A DNA stretch of 64,000 nucleotides from Spirochaetaceae bacterium UBA5556. Its GTDB lineage: Bacteria > Spirochaetota > Spirochaetia > Treponematales > Rectinemataceae. This document shows, piece by piece, positions 36,078-53,045 of this stretch. Numbering within the stretch: the first letter of the stretch is position 1; every line of letters starts with the position of its first letter. Made by a program: the position numbers and the translations under genes. The stretch lies in contig DIMW01000002.1 of NCBI GenBank assembly GCA_002425765.1, positions 106,590 through 170,589 on the forward strand. Reading direction: 5' to 3'. The notes under the pieces are model-generated. The model saw nothing but the letters and a program-made list of their open reading frames with translations, was not told the DNA's origin and ran no database searches.

Positions 36078-38174
36078 TTAATATTCATTCTCACTGCCAT
36101 AATGGTCGAACTTCGCCTGATAAATCCCGCGCCCCTCGGTGAGTGAGCGCAACGAAGTCGCATACCCAAAGAGATTCTCCATGGGGGCGTAGGCCACGAT
36201 GGACTTCGTTCCTCCGGCATCCTCGACGGATTCTATCCGAGCACCACGTGTCTGCAGCGTGGCAAGGGCCGCGCCAAACCATGTGTCCGGCACTTCGACC
36301 GAAATTTGAACAATGGGGACGAGCACAATGCTCCCCGCCAGGTTCACCGCCCTGCGCAACACCGAAGAGGCCGCCGCCTCCACCGCCGTTTCAGCGCGCT
36401 TATCGCCGCGCCCTGGGGGGACAAAATTTTCGATGACCACTTTTGCCCCAACCACTGGCCAGCCTCCGGCCGGACCGACGGCAAACACTGTTTCCATCGC
36501 CTGTCGTATGCTGGTCTCATAACTTGAGGATATTCTGACGCCGTTCGCAAGGAGAAGGGTATTTTCGTCTTTGTCCTTTTGATTCTCGAGAGAAACACCA
36601 AGAGCCACGGATAATTTTTCGCCGCCAAAATCGCCGACAAACTCATCTTCAAAACAGAGGGGCTTTTTCAGGCGTTCCACTTTCGGCACTTGAGGATTCC
36701 CCGCGCGCACACGGAGACCATACTCCTTCTGCAGACGCTCAAGAACGATATCGAGGTGCAGTTCTCCCTGCCCCGATATGGTAATCCGCCCGGTCTCTTT
36801 TTCTTCATTTATCAAGAGTGAGACATCTTCAAGGCTGAAGCGCCGCAGAGCCTCGCGCAACTTTGGAAGTTCCTGCTGCAAGGCCGGCTCAACCGCAATG
36901 GAGACGAGGGGTTCGGGATTCTTGAACGATTCATAGAGTATTTGGAGCCCCGGCGCGCAGAGGGTGCCACCCACCTCCATATAGGAAAGACGGGCCCCAA
37001 CTATTTCTCCGGCGGCGGCGACTTGAACAGGTTCGATGTCCGCACCATGTATGCCATAGAGATGCTGAATACGGGCGAGCTTTCTGGCGGGCATGGCCAT
37101 GACCTTCATGTCTTCCCGAATCGTCCCGGACCATACGCGGATCCACGCGAGGGCGTCGAGGTCGGCGCTGAGCACTGTCTTAAAAATGTATGCTGAAAAA
37201 GGAGCGCCAGGTTCAGCCGCCAATTTCACTTCCTGAGCATTTTTAACATCTCTCGCGACGGGGCAGCCCCGCGCACGTGGATCCGGGAGATAGTCGATCG
37301 TCGCATCCAGCAAAAGCGCGCTCGAAATGTCGGAAAACGATGATCCGCAGAGAGCTGGCGTTATTTCTTGTCTGTAAATCGGCCCACGGAGAGCGGCCCG
37401 AATCTCGTCAGGAGAGATGTTTTCCCCGTTCACAATCTTTTCCATCAGATTGTCATCGTATATGCTGGCCCGGTCGAGGAGTTTCTCGCGGTACTCGGCG
37501 ACGAGACGCCGCGATTCTTCGGTCAGAGGCGCCTTTTCGACGGGAAGCACGGCGGGGATATCGGGTTCAGCGACACTTCCTGCATCAGGTCTGTCAAGCG
37601 ATGCTGGATACCAGTGCATCTCCACGAGATCGACGATGCCGTTCCAGCGATACTCTTCGAATGTTGGAATCTGCAGAGGAAGCACGGGCTCTCCAAGCTC
37701 GCCGGCGATCTCCCGCAATGCATCAAAAAAATTCGCCCCGCGACGGTCCATTTTGTTGATGAAATAAATGCGAGGAATATGGTGCGCCCTGCAGCCGCTC
37801 GCGATGAATCCCGTACGCACCTGCACTCCCGACACGGCGCAGAGCACGATGACGGCACCGTCGAGCACGCGCAGCACACGGTCGACTTCCGCGCTGAAAT
37901 CCACGTGGCCAGGGGTGTCCAGCAGATGAAAATGAACACCTTTGTGCAAAAAACGCACGGCAGCGGTCTTGATGGTGATACCGTGCTGGCGCTCCACATT
38001 GAGGTAATCTGTCGCGGTGGTGCCTTCGTCGACATTTCCGGCATGTTCACGCACGCCCGCGACATGGAGCACACGCTCGGTAATCGATGTCTTGCCTGCA
38101 TCGATATGGGCGAGAATGCCGATGTTCCTAATACGAAGCGACGGCTTTGAATCGGAAACGTGCGCTGAATTCAT
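36078..38174 (-). CDS. fusA: Elongation factor G paralogue (divergent translational GTPase in the fusA position)
   Basis: G1 AHIDAGKTS, G2 region ERQHGITI, G3 DTPGHVDF, G4 NKMD. About 698 aa with EF-G domain order. The switch-I and G-domain sequence (HAGNVDEGTTATDYLNVE; VQVRTGFIASGCRAHHIPR) departs from canonical EF-G. Start set at ATG 38174 (the ORF track begins at TTG 38204). Confidence 0.85.
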   Translation of the reverse strand: MNSAHVSDSKPSLRIRNIGILAHIDAGKTSITERVLHVAGVREHAGNVDEGTTATDYLNVERQHGITIKTAAVRFLHKGVHFHLLDTPGHVDFSAEVDRVLRVLDGAVIVLCAVSGVQVRTGFIASGCRAHHIPRIYFINKMDRRGANFFDALREIAGELGEPVLPLQIPTFEEYRWNGIVDLVEMHWYPASLDRPDAGSVAEPDIPAVLPVEKAPLTEESRRLVAEYREKLLDRASIYDDNLMEKIVNGENISPDEIRAALRGPIYRQEITPALCGSSFSDISSALLLDATIDYLPDPRARGCPVARDVKNAQEVKLAAEPGAPFSAYIFKTVLSADLDALAWIRVWSGTIREDMKVMAMPARKLARIQHLYGIHGADIEPVQVAAAGEIVGARLSYMEVGGTLCAPGLQILYESFKNPEPLVSIAVEPALQQELPKLREALRRFSLEDVSLLINEEKETGRITISGQGELHLDIVLERLQKEYGLRVRAGNPQVPKVERLKKPLCFEDEFVGDFGGEKLSVALGVSLENQKDKDENTLLLANGVRISSSYETSIRQAMETVFAVGPAGGWPVVGAKVVIENFVPPGRGDKRAETAVEAAASSVLRRAVNLAGSIVLVPIVQISVEVPDTWFGAALATLQTRGARIESVEDAGGTKSIVAYAPMENLFGYATSLRSLTEGRGIYQAKFDHYGSENEY

Positions 38175-38202
38175 CGCAGTATCAGTATACTTCGTGAGAG
38201 GC

Positions 38203-38234
38203 AAATAAAAAAGCCGCCCACGCCGGGCGGCTTT
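38203..38234 (-). terminator. Rho-independent terminator between rpsG and the EF-G paralogue
   Basis: Minus strand: GCCGCCC-GGCGT-GGGCGGC followed by TTTTTTATTT. Confidence 0.7.
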
Positions 38235-38300
38235 GAATGCGCGAACGCCTTGTTGGCTAAATGGTCCGACTGCGTCGGCCCTAGAGCCTGCTTTCGCACA

Positions 38301-38771
38301 TTACCATCTGTAATGTGCGAAAGCCTTATTGGCCTCAGCCATCTTGTGCATATCGTCTTTCTTCTTGATGGCGGTGCCGGTGTTGTTGAACGCGTCGAAG
38401 AGTTCGTCGGCGAGGCACGCGGACATCGGCTTGCCGGTGCGGGCACGCGCGGCGCCGATAATCCAGCGCATCGCGAGCGCCTCACGGCGCGACTCGCGGA
38501 TCTCGATAGGCACCTGGTAGGTGGCACCACCGACGCGGCGCGACTTTACCTCGATGGAGGGTTTCACGTTTTCGAGCGCCTTGTTGAAGGCGTCGAGCGC
38601 CGGCTGACCGGACTTCTGCTGCAGAATATCGAGCGCATCGTACATGATGCCCGTGCAGATCGATTTCTTGCCCTGCCACATCATCCGGCAAATAAAACGT
38701 GAAATGGTGGTCGAATTGTACTTGACATCAGGGGCGTGTCCCCTGTCGATCGATTTCTTTTTTCTGCCCAT
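38301..38771 (-). CDS. rpsG: 30S ribosomal protein S7
   Basis: MGRKKKSIDRGHAPDVKYNS...VEVKSRRVGGATYQVPIEIR and the C-terminal KAFAHYRW. Confidence 0.98.
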   Translation of the reverse strand: MGRKKKSIDRGHAPDVKYNSTTISRFICRMMWQGKKSICTGIMYDALDILQQKSGQPALDAFNKALENVKPSIEVKSRRVGGATYQVPIEIRESRREALAMRWIIGAARARTGKPMSACLADELFDAFNNTGTAIKKKDDMHKMAEANKAFAHYRW

Positions 38772-38783
38772 GTATCACCTCAC

Positions 38784-39158
38784 TCAGGCTTTAGGCTTTT
38801 TGGCGCCGTACTTGGAGCGGCCCTGTTTGCGGTCTTCGACGCCAAGCGCGTCCTTTGTACCGCGAATGATGTGATAACGTACACCTGGAAGGTCCTTTAC
38901 ACGGCCACCGCGGACGAGCACTGCGGAGTGCTCCTGTAGATTGTGTCCGATACCCGGAATATACGCAGTCACTTCAATACCGTTGGTGAGGCGCACACGT
39001 GCGACTTTGCGGAGAGCCGAGTTCGGCTTCTTCGGCGTTACGGTCATGACGCGCGTGCAGACGCCGCGGCGTTGGGGACACCCCATGAGCGCGGGCGACT
39101 TCGTCTTCCACTGATTCTGCTTTCTTCCGTTACGGATAAGCTGGTTAATAGTCGGCAT
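38784..39158 (-). CDS. rpsL: 30S ribosomal protein S12
   Basis: [13 protein letters not shown]...[52 protein letters not shown]. The 61-codon ORF-track extension was dropped. Confidence 0.98.
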   Translation of the reverse strand: MPTINQLIRNGRKQNQWKTKSPALMGCPQRRGVCTRVMTVTPKKPNSALRKVARVRLTNGIEVTAYIPGIGHNLQEHSAVLVRGGRVKDLPGVRYHIIRGTKDALGVEDRKQGRSKYGAKKPKA

Positions 39159-39272
39159 ATGAGCTCCAGACTCCCTTTTTTGCCCGCCCGTGTCAGCATC
39201 ACGCGCAGAGCATTGTCTAAAAAATATATTCCAGGCCGCGAAAAACTGCGGTGACTGTTTTCGCGGCTTTGC

Positions 39273-39302
39273 AGAATACCTTTCTCGCGCAATATATGTC
39301 AA
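39273..39302 (-). promoter_or_regulatory. Candidate promoter for rpsL-rpsG
   Basis: Minus strand: TTGACA (39302-39297), 18-nt spacer, TATTCT (39278-39273). It sits in the rpoC-rpsL spacer, followed by a GCCGCGAAAA...TTTTCGCGGC leader hairpin. Confidence 0.35.
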
Positions 39303-39341
39303 GGGCTGCGGTCGCCACAGTCGCGCCGCAGCTCCTCTCAA

Positions 39342-43694
<4,353 letters not shown>

Positions 43695-43806
43695 GCTACC
43701 CCCTCGGGCTTCGTCATACATGATGACGCGGCACAAATAGTGCCGTGGCATACATCATGCCGTCGGCTCCACGGCCCATACCGCGGAGCAATGTTTCAGT
43801 GACGCC

Positions 43807-47301
<3,495 letters not shown>

Positions 47302-47430
47302 CCGTTACCCCTCCATGCGCGCCCGGGCACGCGGGTCAAAGGTCCATGCGCTGAAGCCAATGGGATTCAACGCCTTTACTATTTCCGTCATCAGGAGGCA
47401 CTCCCGCAAAGAACCGCGCTGAATGCCTCC

Positions 47431-47456
47431 TGAAAACGGAGGGACCACAAGGTCCC
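47431..47456 (-). terminator. Attenuator-like hairpin in the rplL-rpoB spacer
   Basis: Minus strand: GGGACC-TTGT-GGTCCC followed by TCCGTTTTC. Further hairpins lie at 47392-47432 and 47496-47512. Confidence 0.5.
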
Positions 47457-47533
47457 TTCCCGCACACACATCGAAATCGCTTCGGCTCAAAGACAGCCTG
47501 GAAATACCAGGCCGCCCCGAACCGCTGCGCCGC

Positions 47534-47923
47534 TCACTTCACCTCGACGGAGCCACCAGCAGCTTCGATCTGCTTTTTGACCTTCTCGGCTTCCTCTTTG
47601 GGAACATTCTCCTTGATGGGCTTGTCGCCCGCTTCAACGAGATCCTTCGCTTCCTTGAGACCGAGGCCGGTGATCGCACGGACTTCCTTAATAATAGCGA
47701 TTTTTTTGTCGGCCGGCACATTGCCTTTGAGAATGACCGTGAACTCGGTCTTCTCTTCGACGGGCGCGGCTGCGGCGCCAGCTGCGGGGGCCGCAGCAAC
47801 GGCCACGGGGGCGGCCGCGGTGACGCCAAACTTCTCTTCCATCGCTTTTACGAGATCGGAAATCTCGAGAACGGTCATCGAGGCAATCGCGTCGATGATT
47901 TGCTCTTTGGTCAGTGCTGCCAT
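47534..47923 (-). CDS. rplL: 50S ribosomal protein L7/L12
   Basis: [34 protein letters not shown], an Ala-rich hinge, and a C-terminal domain [32 protein letters not shown] upstream. Confidence 0.98.
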   Translation of the reverse strand: MAALTKEQIIDAIASMTVLEISDLVKAMEEKFGVTAAAPVAVAAAPAAGAAAAPVEEKTEFTVILKGNVPADKKIAIIKEVRAITGLGLKEAKDLVEAGDKPIKENVPKEEAEKVKKQIEAAGGSVEVK

Positions 47924-48051
47924 ATTATCTTCTCCTTGTTTCATGGTAGCCCGCCGCCATGGACGGGCCTTCTATCGAATTCCGACAGGAACGGCAGCAT
48001 CCGAAGCCTGACGGATTCTTCCTTTATAAAAAGCGCCGATACACGCCCCGC

Positions 48052-48603
48052 TCAGTCGACGCCGGCCTGAGCCTTCTTCTCCTCGATGGCCTTGAGCACG
48101 CGCACCAGTTTGGTGGGAATCGCGTTGATGACATAGACGAGATTCTGCGCGGGCGCCTGCATGGCGGACATGAGCATCGCGATGAGCTGGCCCCGGCCAG
48201 GCAGCTTGCTGAATGTCTCGACCTGTTTGAGATCCATAAACTGGTGGTCGACCATGGCACCCTTGATGACAAGGGTCGGTGTCTCTTTCGCGAAATCAAG
48301 AAGTATCTTGGCGACCTCATTCGAGTCGGCCTTCACGAAGGCGACAGCGGTCGGCCCACGGAGGACCGGCTCAACCGCATTTGAATACCCGAGTTCCTCG
48401 AACGCCAGGCGCGCGAAGTTGTTCTTGACGACGTGGAGCTCGACACCCTTCTCGCGAAGCTGATGTCTGAGCGCCGTGATCTGCTCAACCGTGAGGCCGC
48501 GATACTCAGTGAAGATGAAATCGTTCGAACCAGAGATCATCTCTTTGAGCATTCCTATGGCTTCAACTTTCCTTGGCTGAATTTTCGATGCTTTAATGGC
48601 CAT
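48052..48603 (-). CDS. rplJ: 50S ribosomal protein L10
   Basis: Position between rplA and rplL. FIFTEYRGLTVEQITALRHQLRE. Start set at ATG 48603. Confidence 0.95.
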   Translation of the reverse strand: MAIKASKIQPRKVEAIGMLKEMISGSNDFIFTEYRGLTVEQITALRHQLREKGVELHVVKNNFARLAFEELGYSNAVEPVLRGPTAVAFVKADSNEVAKILLDFAKETPTLVIKGAMVDHQFMDLKQVETFSKLPGRGQLIAMLMSAMQAPAQNLVYVINAIPTKLVRVLKAIEEKKAQAGVD

Positions 48604-48607
48604 AGTC

Positions 48608-49294
48608 TTACCTCTTCTCCGATTTGTTCGGCGCGACTTTGACACTCGGCCCCATGGTCGGCGTCAGATACACAGAAGCGACAAAGTCGCCTTTGGCGTC
48701 AGCGGGGCGTTTCCGATTTACTTCTTCCATGAGTATGCTGAGATTTTCGGCGATCTTTTCGGCATCCATGGACACCTTGCCAACTGGCAGATGGATGATG
48801 CCTGATTTGTCGGTGCGGTATTCGGTGCGGCCCTTCCGCAGCTCGTGGAGGGCCGCGGTGAGATCGTTGGTGACCGTGCCGGTCTTGGGGTTCGGCATGA
48901 GACCGCGGCGTCCGAGCACCATACCGAGCTTGCCGACGTCTTTCATCATATCGGGCGTGGCGACCGCGATATCGAAATCGAGCCAGCCACCCTTGATCTT
49001 TTCGATGTATTCATCGCTGCCCGCATAGGCCGCGCCGGCATCGAGGGCTTCCTTGACGCGCTCCGGTTTGCAGAACACGAGGATGCGCTTCTCCGCCCTG
49101 AACTGATTGGGGAGAACCACGGTGTCGCGCACGGACTGGCTTTTCTTGAGGTTGAGCCTGATGTGCACCTCGACGGTCTCATCGAATTTGGCGGTCTTGA
49201 GCTCTCTCACAAGCGTACAGGCCGCGCCGATATCATACGCCTGCGAAACATCGACTTTCTTCACTACTTCGTTGTATTTCTTGCCGTGTTTCAT
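48608..49294 (-). CDS. rplA: 50S ribosomal protein L1
   Basis: MKHGKKYNEVVKKVD...FDETVEVHIRLN...LGRRGLMPNPK.GTVT. Confidence 0.98.
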   Translation of the reverse strand: MKHGKKYNEVVKKVDVSQAYDIGAACTLVRELKTAKFDETVEVHIRLNLKKSQSVRDTVVLPNQFRAEKRILVFCKPERVKEALDAGAAYAGSDEYIEKIKGGWLDFDIAVATPDMMKDVGKLGMVLGRRGLMPNPKTGTVTNDLTAALHELRKGRTEYRTDKSGIIHLPVGKVSMDAEKIAENLSILMEEVNRKRPADAKGDFVASVYLTPTMGPSVKVAPNKSEKR

Positions 49295-49295
49295 C

Positions 49296-49727
49296 TCACC
49301 ACTCCACTTCTACGCCCATGGAACGGGCGGTACCCGCGATGATACGCTCCGCGGCCTCAAGATCGTTCGCGTTGAGATCGGGAAGCTTCTGCTTCGCGAT
49401 CGCCTCGAGTTTTGCCTTGGAGAGCTTTGCCACCTTGTCTTTCTGGGGGAGCGAAGATCCTTTTTCGATGCCGCAGGCTTTCTTGATGAGCACGCTGGCG
49501 GGCGGTGTTTTCAGGATAAACGTAAAGGTCTTATCCTGATAGATAGTGATGATCGCCGGAATGACAAGACCTGGCTCCATAGTTTTCGTGCGCTCATTGA
49601 ACTGCTGACAGAACATGGGTGCAGAAACGCCATGAGGACCCAGAGCGGGTCCTACGGGAGGAGCTGGCGTCGCTTTGCCGGCGGGGCACTGCAATTTGAC
49701 TATTGCAGTAATCTTTTTCTTGGCCAT
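49296..49727 (-). CDS. rplK: 50S ribosomal protein L11
   Basis: [34 protein letters not shown]. The 46-codon ORF-track extension was dropped. Confidence 0.97.
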   Translation of the reverse strand: MAKKKITAIVKLQCPAGKATPAPPVGPALGPHGVSAPMFCQQFNERTKTMEPGLVIPAIITIYQDKTFTFILKTPPASVLIKKACGIEKGSSLPQKDKVAKLSKAKLEAIAKQKLPDLNANDLEAAERIIAGTARSMGVEVEW

Positions 49728-49932
49728 AGCCGTTCTCCTATCGTGGTATACCCGGCACTCACCGGCCGGGGTAGCGTTCCTGTCGCCACAGGAACTCCCA
49801 TCATCGGAGGATAAACCCCTTATCTGAGAAGCATGCCGACAATCTGCCGGTATGCCGCTGTACAAAGATCACCGTGCCTCTCAAGGAGGCTTGCTCCCAC
49901 ACGGGGCAAAGGCCCCAGGTGGGAGCATTCAC

Positions 49933-50484
49933 TTAAATCTTTTCGACCTGCGCCATGTCGACTTCGACCGGCGTCGATCTACCGAATATCTGCACGCTCA
50001 CCTTAAGCCGACTCTTCTCGGCGTTCACCTCGTCGATGACACCCGAGAAGGATTCAAAGGGCCCTTCCGTTATCTTCACCTGCTCGCCCACCGAGAAGGT
50101 CTGGCGGAAATGAACCGATCGTTCGCCTTTGAGCTCGCCGGTACGCTGAAGTATGCGCTTCACTTCCTCCATGGTGATGGGTTGAGGCCGCGCATTGGAC
50201 GCGGAACCGACAAATCCCGTAACACCGGTGATGTTGCGGATGACCGCGCAGGTAGTCTTCCATCCGTTCTCGGGGAGGTCCATCTCCACAAGAATATAGC
50301 CAGGCAGAATCTTCTTGGAAACCGTTCTTTTCTTGCCTTCTTTTACTTCGGAAACTTCTTCGGCGGGAACCTTGACATCGGTGACGATATCGCGCGAGAG
50401 CTCATTCGAGTCTATGAGCATATGGATAGTCTTCTCAATCTTGTTCTCATAGCCGGAGTAAACATGAAGAATATACCAGGACAT
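49933..50484 (-). CDS. nusG: Transcription termination/antitermination factor NusG
   Basis: MSWYILHVYSGYENKI (NGN domain) and a C-terminal KOW (GEQVKITEGPFESFSGVIDEV). Confidence 0.97.
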   Translation of the reverse strand: MSWYILHVYSGYENKIEKTIHMLIDSNELSRDIVTDVKVPAEEVSEVKEGKKRTVSKKILPGYILVEMDLPENGWKTTCAVIRNITGVTGFVGSASNARPQPITMEEVKRILQRTGELKGERSVHFRQTFSVGEQVKITEGPFESFSGVIDEVNAEKSRLKVSVQIFGRSTPVEVDMAQVEKI

Positions 50485-50496
50485 CCCTTCTCTGCC

Positions 50497-50679
50497 TTAT
50501 CGGAAAATGACCTCGATTCCCAAAACAATGAGGAAATCGATGAGGCCGAGCACAAGGGCTACCGCAACCGTGGAAAGAACGACTATTTTTGTGGAGGCGA
50601 TTACATCGTCTTTAGACGGCCACACAACTTTGGAGAGCTCTGCGTAGCTGTCTTTAAAGAACTGGATGATCTTCTTCAT
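50497..50679 (-). CDS. secE: Preprotein translocase subunit SecE
   Basis: 60 aa, a single C-terminal TM helix, ELSKVVWPSKDDV motif. Sits between tRNA-Trp and nusG. Confidence 0.93.
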   Translation of the reverse strand: MKKIIQFFKDSYAELSKVVWPSKDDVIASTKIVVLSTVAVALVLGLIDFLIVLGIEVIFR

Positions 50680-50748
50680 GGCGGCTCCTTGGACCCCTTT
50701 CGCGGTACGCTACGCACAGGCGCAACGTCACGCGTGCTTTCTTATGAC

Positions 50749-50821
50749 CAGGCCAGGTAGGACTCGAACCCACAACATCCGGTTTTGGAGACCGGCGCTC
50801 TACCATTAGAGCTACTGGCCT
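50749..50821 (-). tRNA. trnW: tRNA-Trp (anticodon CCA)
   Basis: Minus strand: AGGCCAGTAGCTCTAATGGTAGAGCGCCGGTCTCCAAAACCGGATGTTGTGGGTTCGAGTCCTACCTGGCCTG. It folds as a cloverleaf with a 7-bp acceptor stem and anticodon loop CTCCAAA. 73 nt, with no encoded CCA. Confidence 0.95.
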
Positions 50822-50828
50822 AAACAGT

Positions 50829-51005
50829 TTATTTTACTTTTGTTTCCCTGTGCAGGGTATGCTTGCGGTCCCACTTGCAATATTTCATGAGCTCAAGTTT
50901 GTCCTGGCTCGTCTTGCGATTCTTCTTGGTCGTATAGTTGCGGCGCTTGCACTCAGTGCACTGAAGGGCGATAATCTCTACGTTCTGCTTTTTCTTGGAT
51001 GCCAT
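50829..51005 (-). CDS. rpmG: 50S ribosomal protein L33
   Basis: [56 protein letters not shown]. Zinc-ribbon form (CxxC...C). Confidence 0.95.
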   Translation of the reverse strand: MASKKKQNVEIIALQCTECKRRNYTTKKNRKTSQDKLELMKYCKWDRKHTLHRETKVK

Positions 51006-51069
51006 GGCTCCCTTTCCTTTCGCGGCGGTCCACAATCGTGCACGCCGGCATAATCACACTATGAATTCG

Positions 51070-51142
51070 AGCCCCCGAACGGAATCGAACCGTTGACCTT
51101 ATCCTTACCATGGATATGCTCTGCCAACTGAGCTACAGGGGC
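51070..51142 (-). tRNA. trnT: tRNA-Thr (anticodon GGT)
   Basis: Minus strand: GCCCCTGTAGCTCAGTTGGCAGAGCATATCCATGGTAAGGATAAGGTCAACGGTTCGATTCCGTTCGGGGGCT. Cloverleaf with anticodon stem TATCC/GGATA and loop ATGGTAA. 73 nt. Confidence 0.93.
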
Positions 51143-51190
51143 ACAAATAGAGCGTGGCGAATATATCACTCGTTGAGGGATATGTCAAGA

Positions 51191-52909
51191 TTACGACGCG
51201 CCTCTCCCATGAGCCTTCCGCGAGAATGCATTGGCTATTGAAGCAGCAATCGGGTCTTTTGTCAACACGAGGAGGCCGATTCCGACCGCCGCGAACACCG
51301 CGGTGCCCACCACGAGAGGAACGCCCGCCGTCACAAGCCTTGAGTTGGCGGTCCCGACCTTCGCGAAAACCGCTCTGTCCGCAAAAATCGCCGGCACCAC
51401 CGCGATGATCGAAAAGAGCAGCATCTTCAGCATATACTTGAGCGACGTCCACAGCTCGTTCCGGATGCCTTCGATATTTCCCTTGATGAGCGCTCTCACC
51501 AAGAGTCCGGTATTCACCGCGCTCGAGAAGGAGAGCGCGAAGGCGATGCCCGGCCCCTGAAACCGGAAGGCCAAAGCCAATACCAGTATTACATTGACCC
51601 CGAAGCTCGCTATTCCTGCCCATGTCGGCGTCCTCGTGTCGCTGCGCGCGTAGAAGGCCGGCGCGATCAGCCGATTCATCGCGATGAACACAAGCCCCGT
51701 CTGGTGCCAGAAGAAGGCGCTCGCCGTGAGGTGCACCGACAGATCCGAAAAGTCGCCGCTCTTGAAGAGAAGCGTCACGATGCGCTCGGGGAATGCCATT
51801 GAAAAGACCGCCACCGGCACGGTGAGCAGAAGCAGAGTGCGCATCGTGCTCCCCAATGTGCCCGAATACTCGCGCCATGCTCCCTCCCGGACGGCATCCG
51901 CCAGCCGCGGCAGCAGCACTGTCCCCGCCGACACCGCAAAGATGCCGAGAATCAACTCCTGCAGGCGCAGCGAATATTGGAGGCTCGACGCCACCCCTGT
52001 GCCCGCGCGCGACGCGAAGGCCGTGCTCACGAGATCGTTGACCTGATAGGCCGCCATGCCGAGGATCGTCGGGGCGATGAGCGCGAAGACCTTGCGCATG
52101 CCCGGGTTGCGGAAGGCGCGCGCGGGATTCATGAACCCGAAGCGCATGCCGAGCCGTATGACGGCGGGCAACTGGACGAAGGCCTGGGCCAGGCCGCCGA
52201 CCACTACGCCCACGGCCATCGCGCGTGCCGGATTCCCAAGACGATTGCCCACAAGCCACGGGATTACGATGAAGCAGAGGTTGAAGAGAATCGGCGCGAA
52301 CCCCGAAGGTCCAAAAATCTCGTGCGAATTCAGAATCCCCTGCAGAAGCGCCGCGAACGAGACGAGCGCGAGGAAAGGAAACATAATCCGCGTAAGGATT
52401 GTCGTCTCGACAGGGTCGGAGCCGAAGAGCTTCACGATGAGCGGGGCGAGGGCGATGCCCAGCGCCACCACGGCCACGACACAGATCGTGAGCACCGTAA
52501 GGCTCGCTGAGAGAAAGTCACGCGTCTCCCTGTCGTTCTGGGCGTGCAGATAGCCTTTGTACGTGGGGATGAACGCGACCGTGACCGAACCTTCGGCGAA
52601 GAGACGTCGCATGAAATTCGGAATGATGAACGAGACCGTAAACGCGTCTGAATAGATGCCCGTGCCGAGAAAGCGCGCCTTCGTCATCTCCCGAATGAGG
52701 CCGAGCACGCGAGAAATCAAGGTCAGAAATGAAAGGAGGCCCGCGCTGCGCACCATTTTTGCGGAGGAACGCTCAGCCTTTTCGGCCGCGAGGTCCGCGG
52801 CGATCTTGGAGGATTCCTCCATGAGCTCGACAGGTTCCTCCGCGGGATAGACAGGTTCTCCCGACAATTCCACAGGTTCAACCGGGTCTTTCTTGTTGTG
52901 TGAAGTCAT
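51191..52909 (-). CDS. murJ: Lipid II flippase MurJ (MviN family) with an acidic ~50-aa N-terminal extension
   Basis: MVRSAGLLSFLTLISRVLGLIREMTKARFLGTG..SDAF.V.F.IPNFMRRLFAEGS, then about 14 TM helices. The exact start is uncertain: ATG 52909, or internal Met codons nearer the conserved core. Confidence 0.88.
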   Translation of the reverse strand: MTSHNKKDPVEPVELSGEPVYPAEEPVELMEESSKIAADLAAEKAERSSAKMVRSAGLLSFLTLISRVLGLIREMTKARFLGTGIYSDAFTVSFIIPNFMRRLFAEGSVTVAFIPTYKGYLHAQNDRETRDFLSASLTVLTICVVAVVALGIALAPLIVKLFGSDPVETTILTRIMFPFLALVSFAALLQGILNSHEIFGPSGFAPILFNLCFIVIPWLVGNRLGNPARAMAVGVVVGGLAQAFVQLPAVIRLGMRFGFMNPARAFRNPGMRKVFALIAPTILGMAAYQVNDLVSTAFASRAGTGVASSLQYSLRLQELILGIFAVSAGTVLLPRLADAVREGAWREYSGTLGSTMRTLLLLTVPVAVFSMAFPERIVTLLFKSGDFSDLSVHLTASAFFWHQTGLVFIAMNRLIAPAFYARSDTRTPTWAGIASFGVNVILVLALAFRFQGPGIAFALSFSSAVNTGLLVRALIKGNIEGIRNELWTSLKYMLKMLLFSIIAVVPAIFADRAVFAKVGTANSRLVTAGVPLVVGTAVFAAVGIGLLVLTKDPIAASIANAFSRKAHGRGAS

Positions 52910-53009
52910 TGAGGCTAGCCTACTTCAAGCCGGCTCGAAGGTGAAGTCCCGGGGTGAGGGTTTCGGCAGAGCACACGCGGGCGGCGCGCGGCAAATGGTG
53001 CCCCCCCAT

Positions 53010-53038
53010 TTCAAAGCACGGCGCCCGCATGATTAAAT
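53010..53038 (+). promoter_or_regulatory. Candidate promoter directly abutting the Cof-hydrolase start (leaderless candidate)
   Basis: TTCAAA (53010-53015), 17-nt spacer, TTAAAT (53033-53038), then 7 nt to ATG 53046. No SD. Confidence 0.4.
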
Positions 53039-53045
53039 AGAGACC

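Noticed and set aside
38784-39341. Long N-terminal extensions in the ORF-track versions of rpsL, and likewise rplK (49296-49865), rpsJ (34104-34514), rpmD, rpsM and rplJ
   Set aside because: The canonical r-protein N-termini begin at internal ATGs with proper SDs. The extensions cover intergenic leaders or the preceding gene.
47305-47490. 61-aa minus-strand ORF in the rplL-rpoB spacer
   Set aside because: It has no SD and it spans the attenuator hairpins. The spacer is better explained as structured RNA.
51105-52259. 384-aa minus-strand alternative-frame ORF within murJ and across tRNA-Thr
   Set aside because: It is an out-of-frame overlap with the clearly recognisable MurJ frame and it runs through a tRNA gene. 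The translation is an Arg/Gly-rich artefact.
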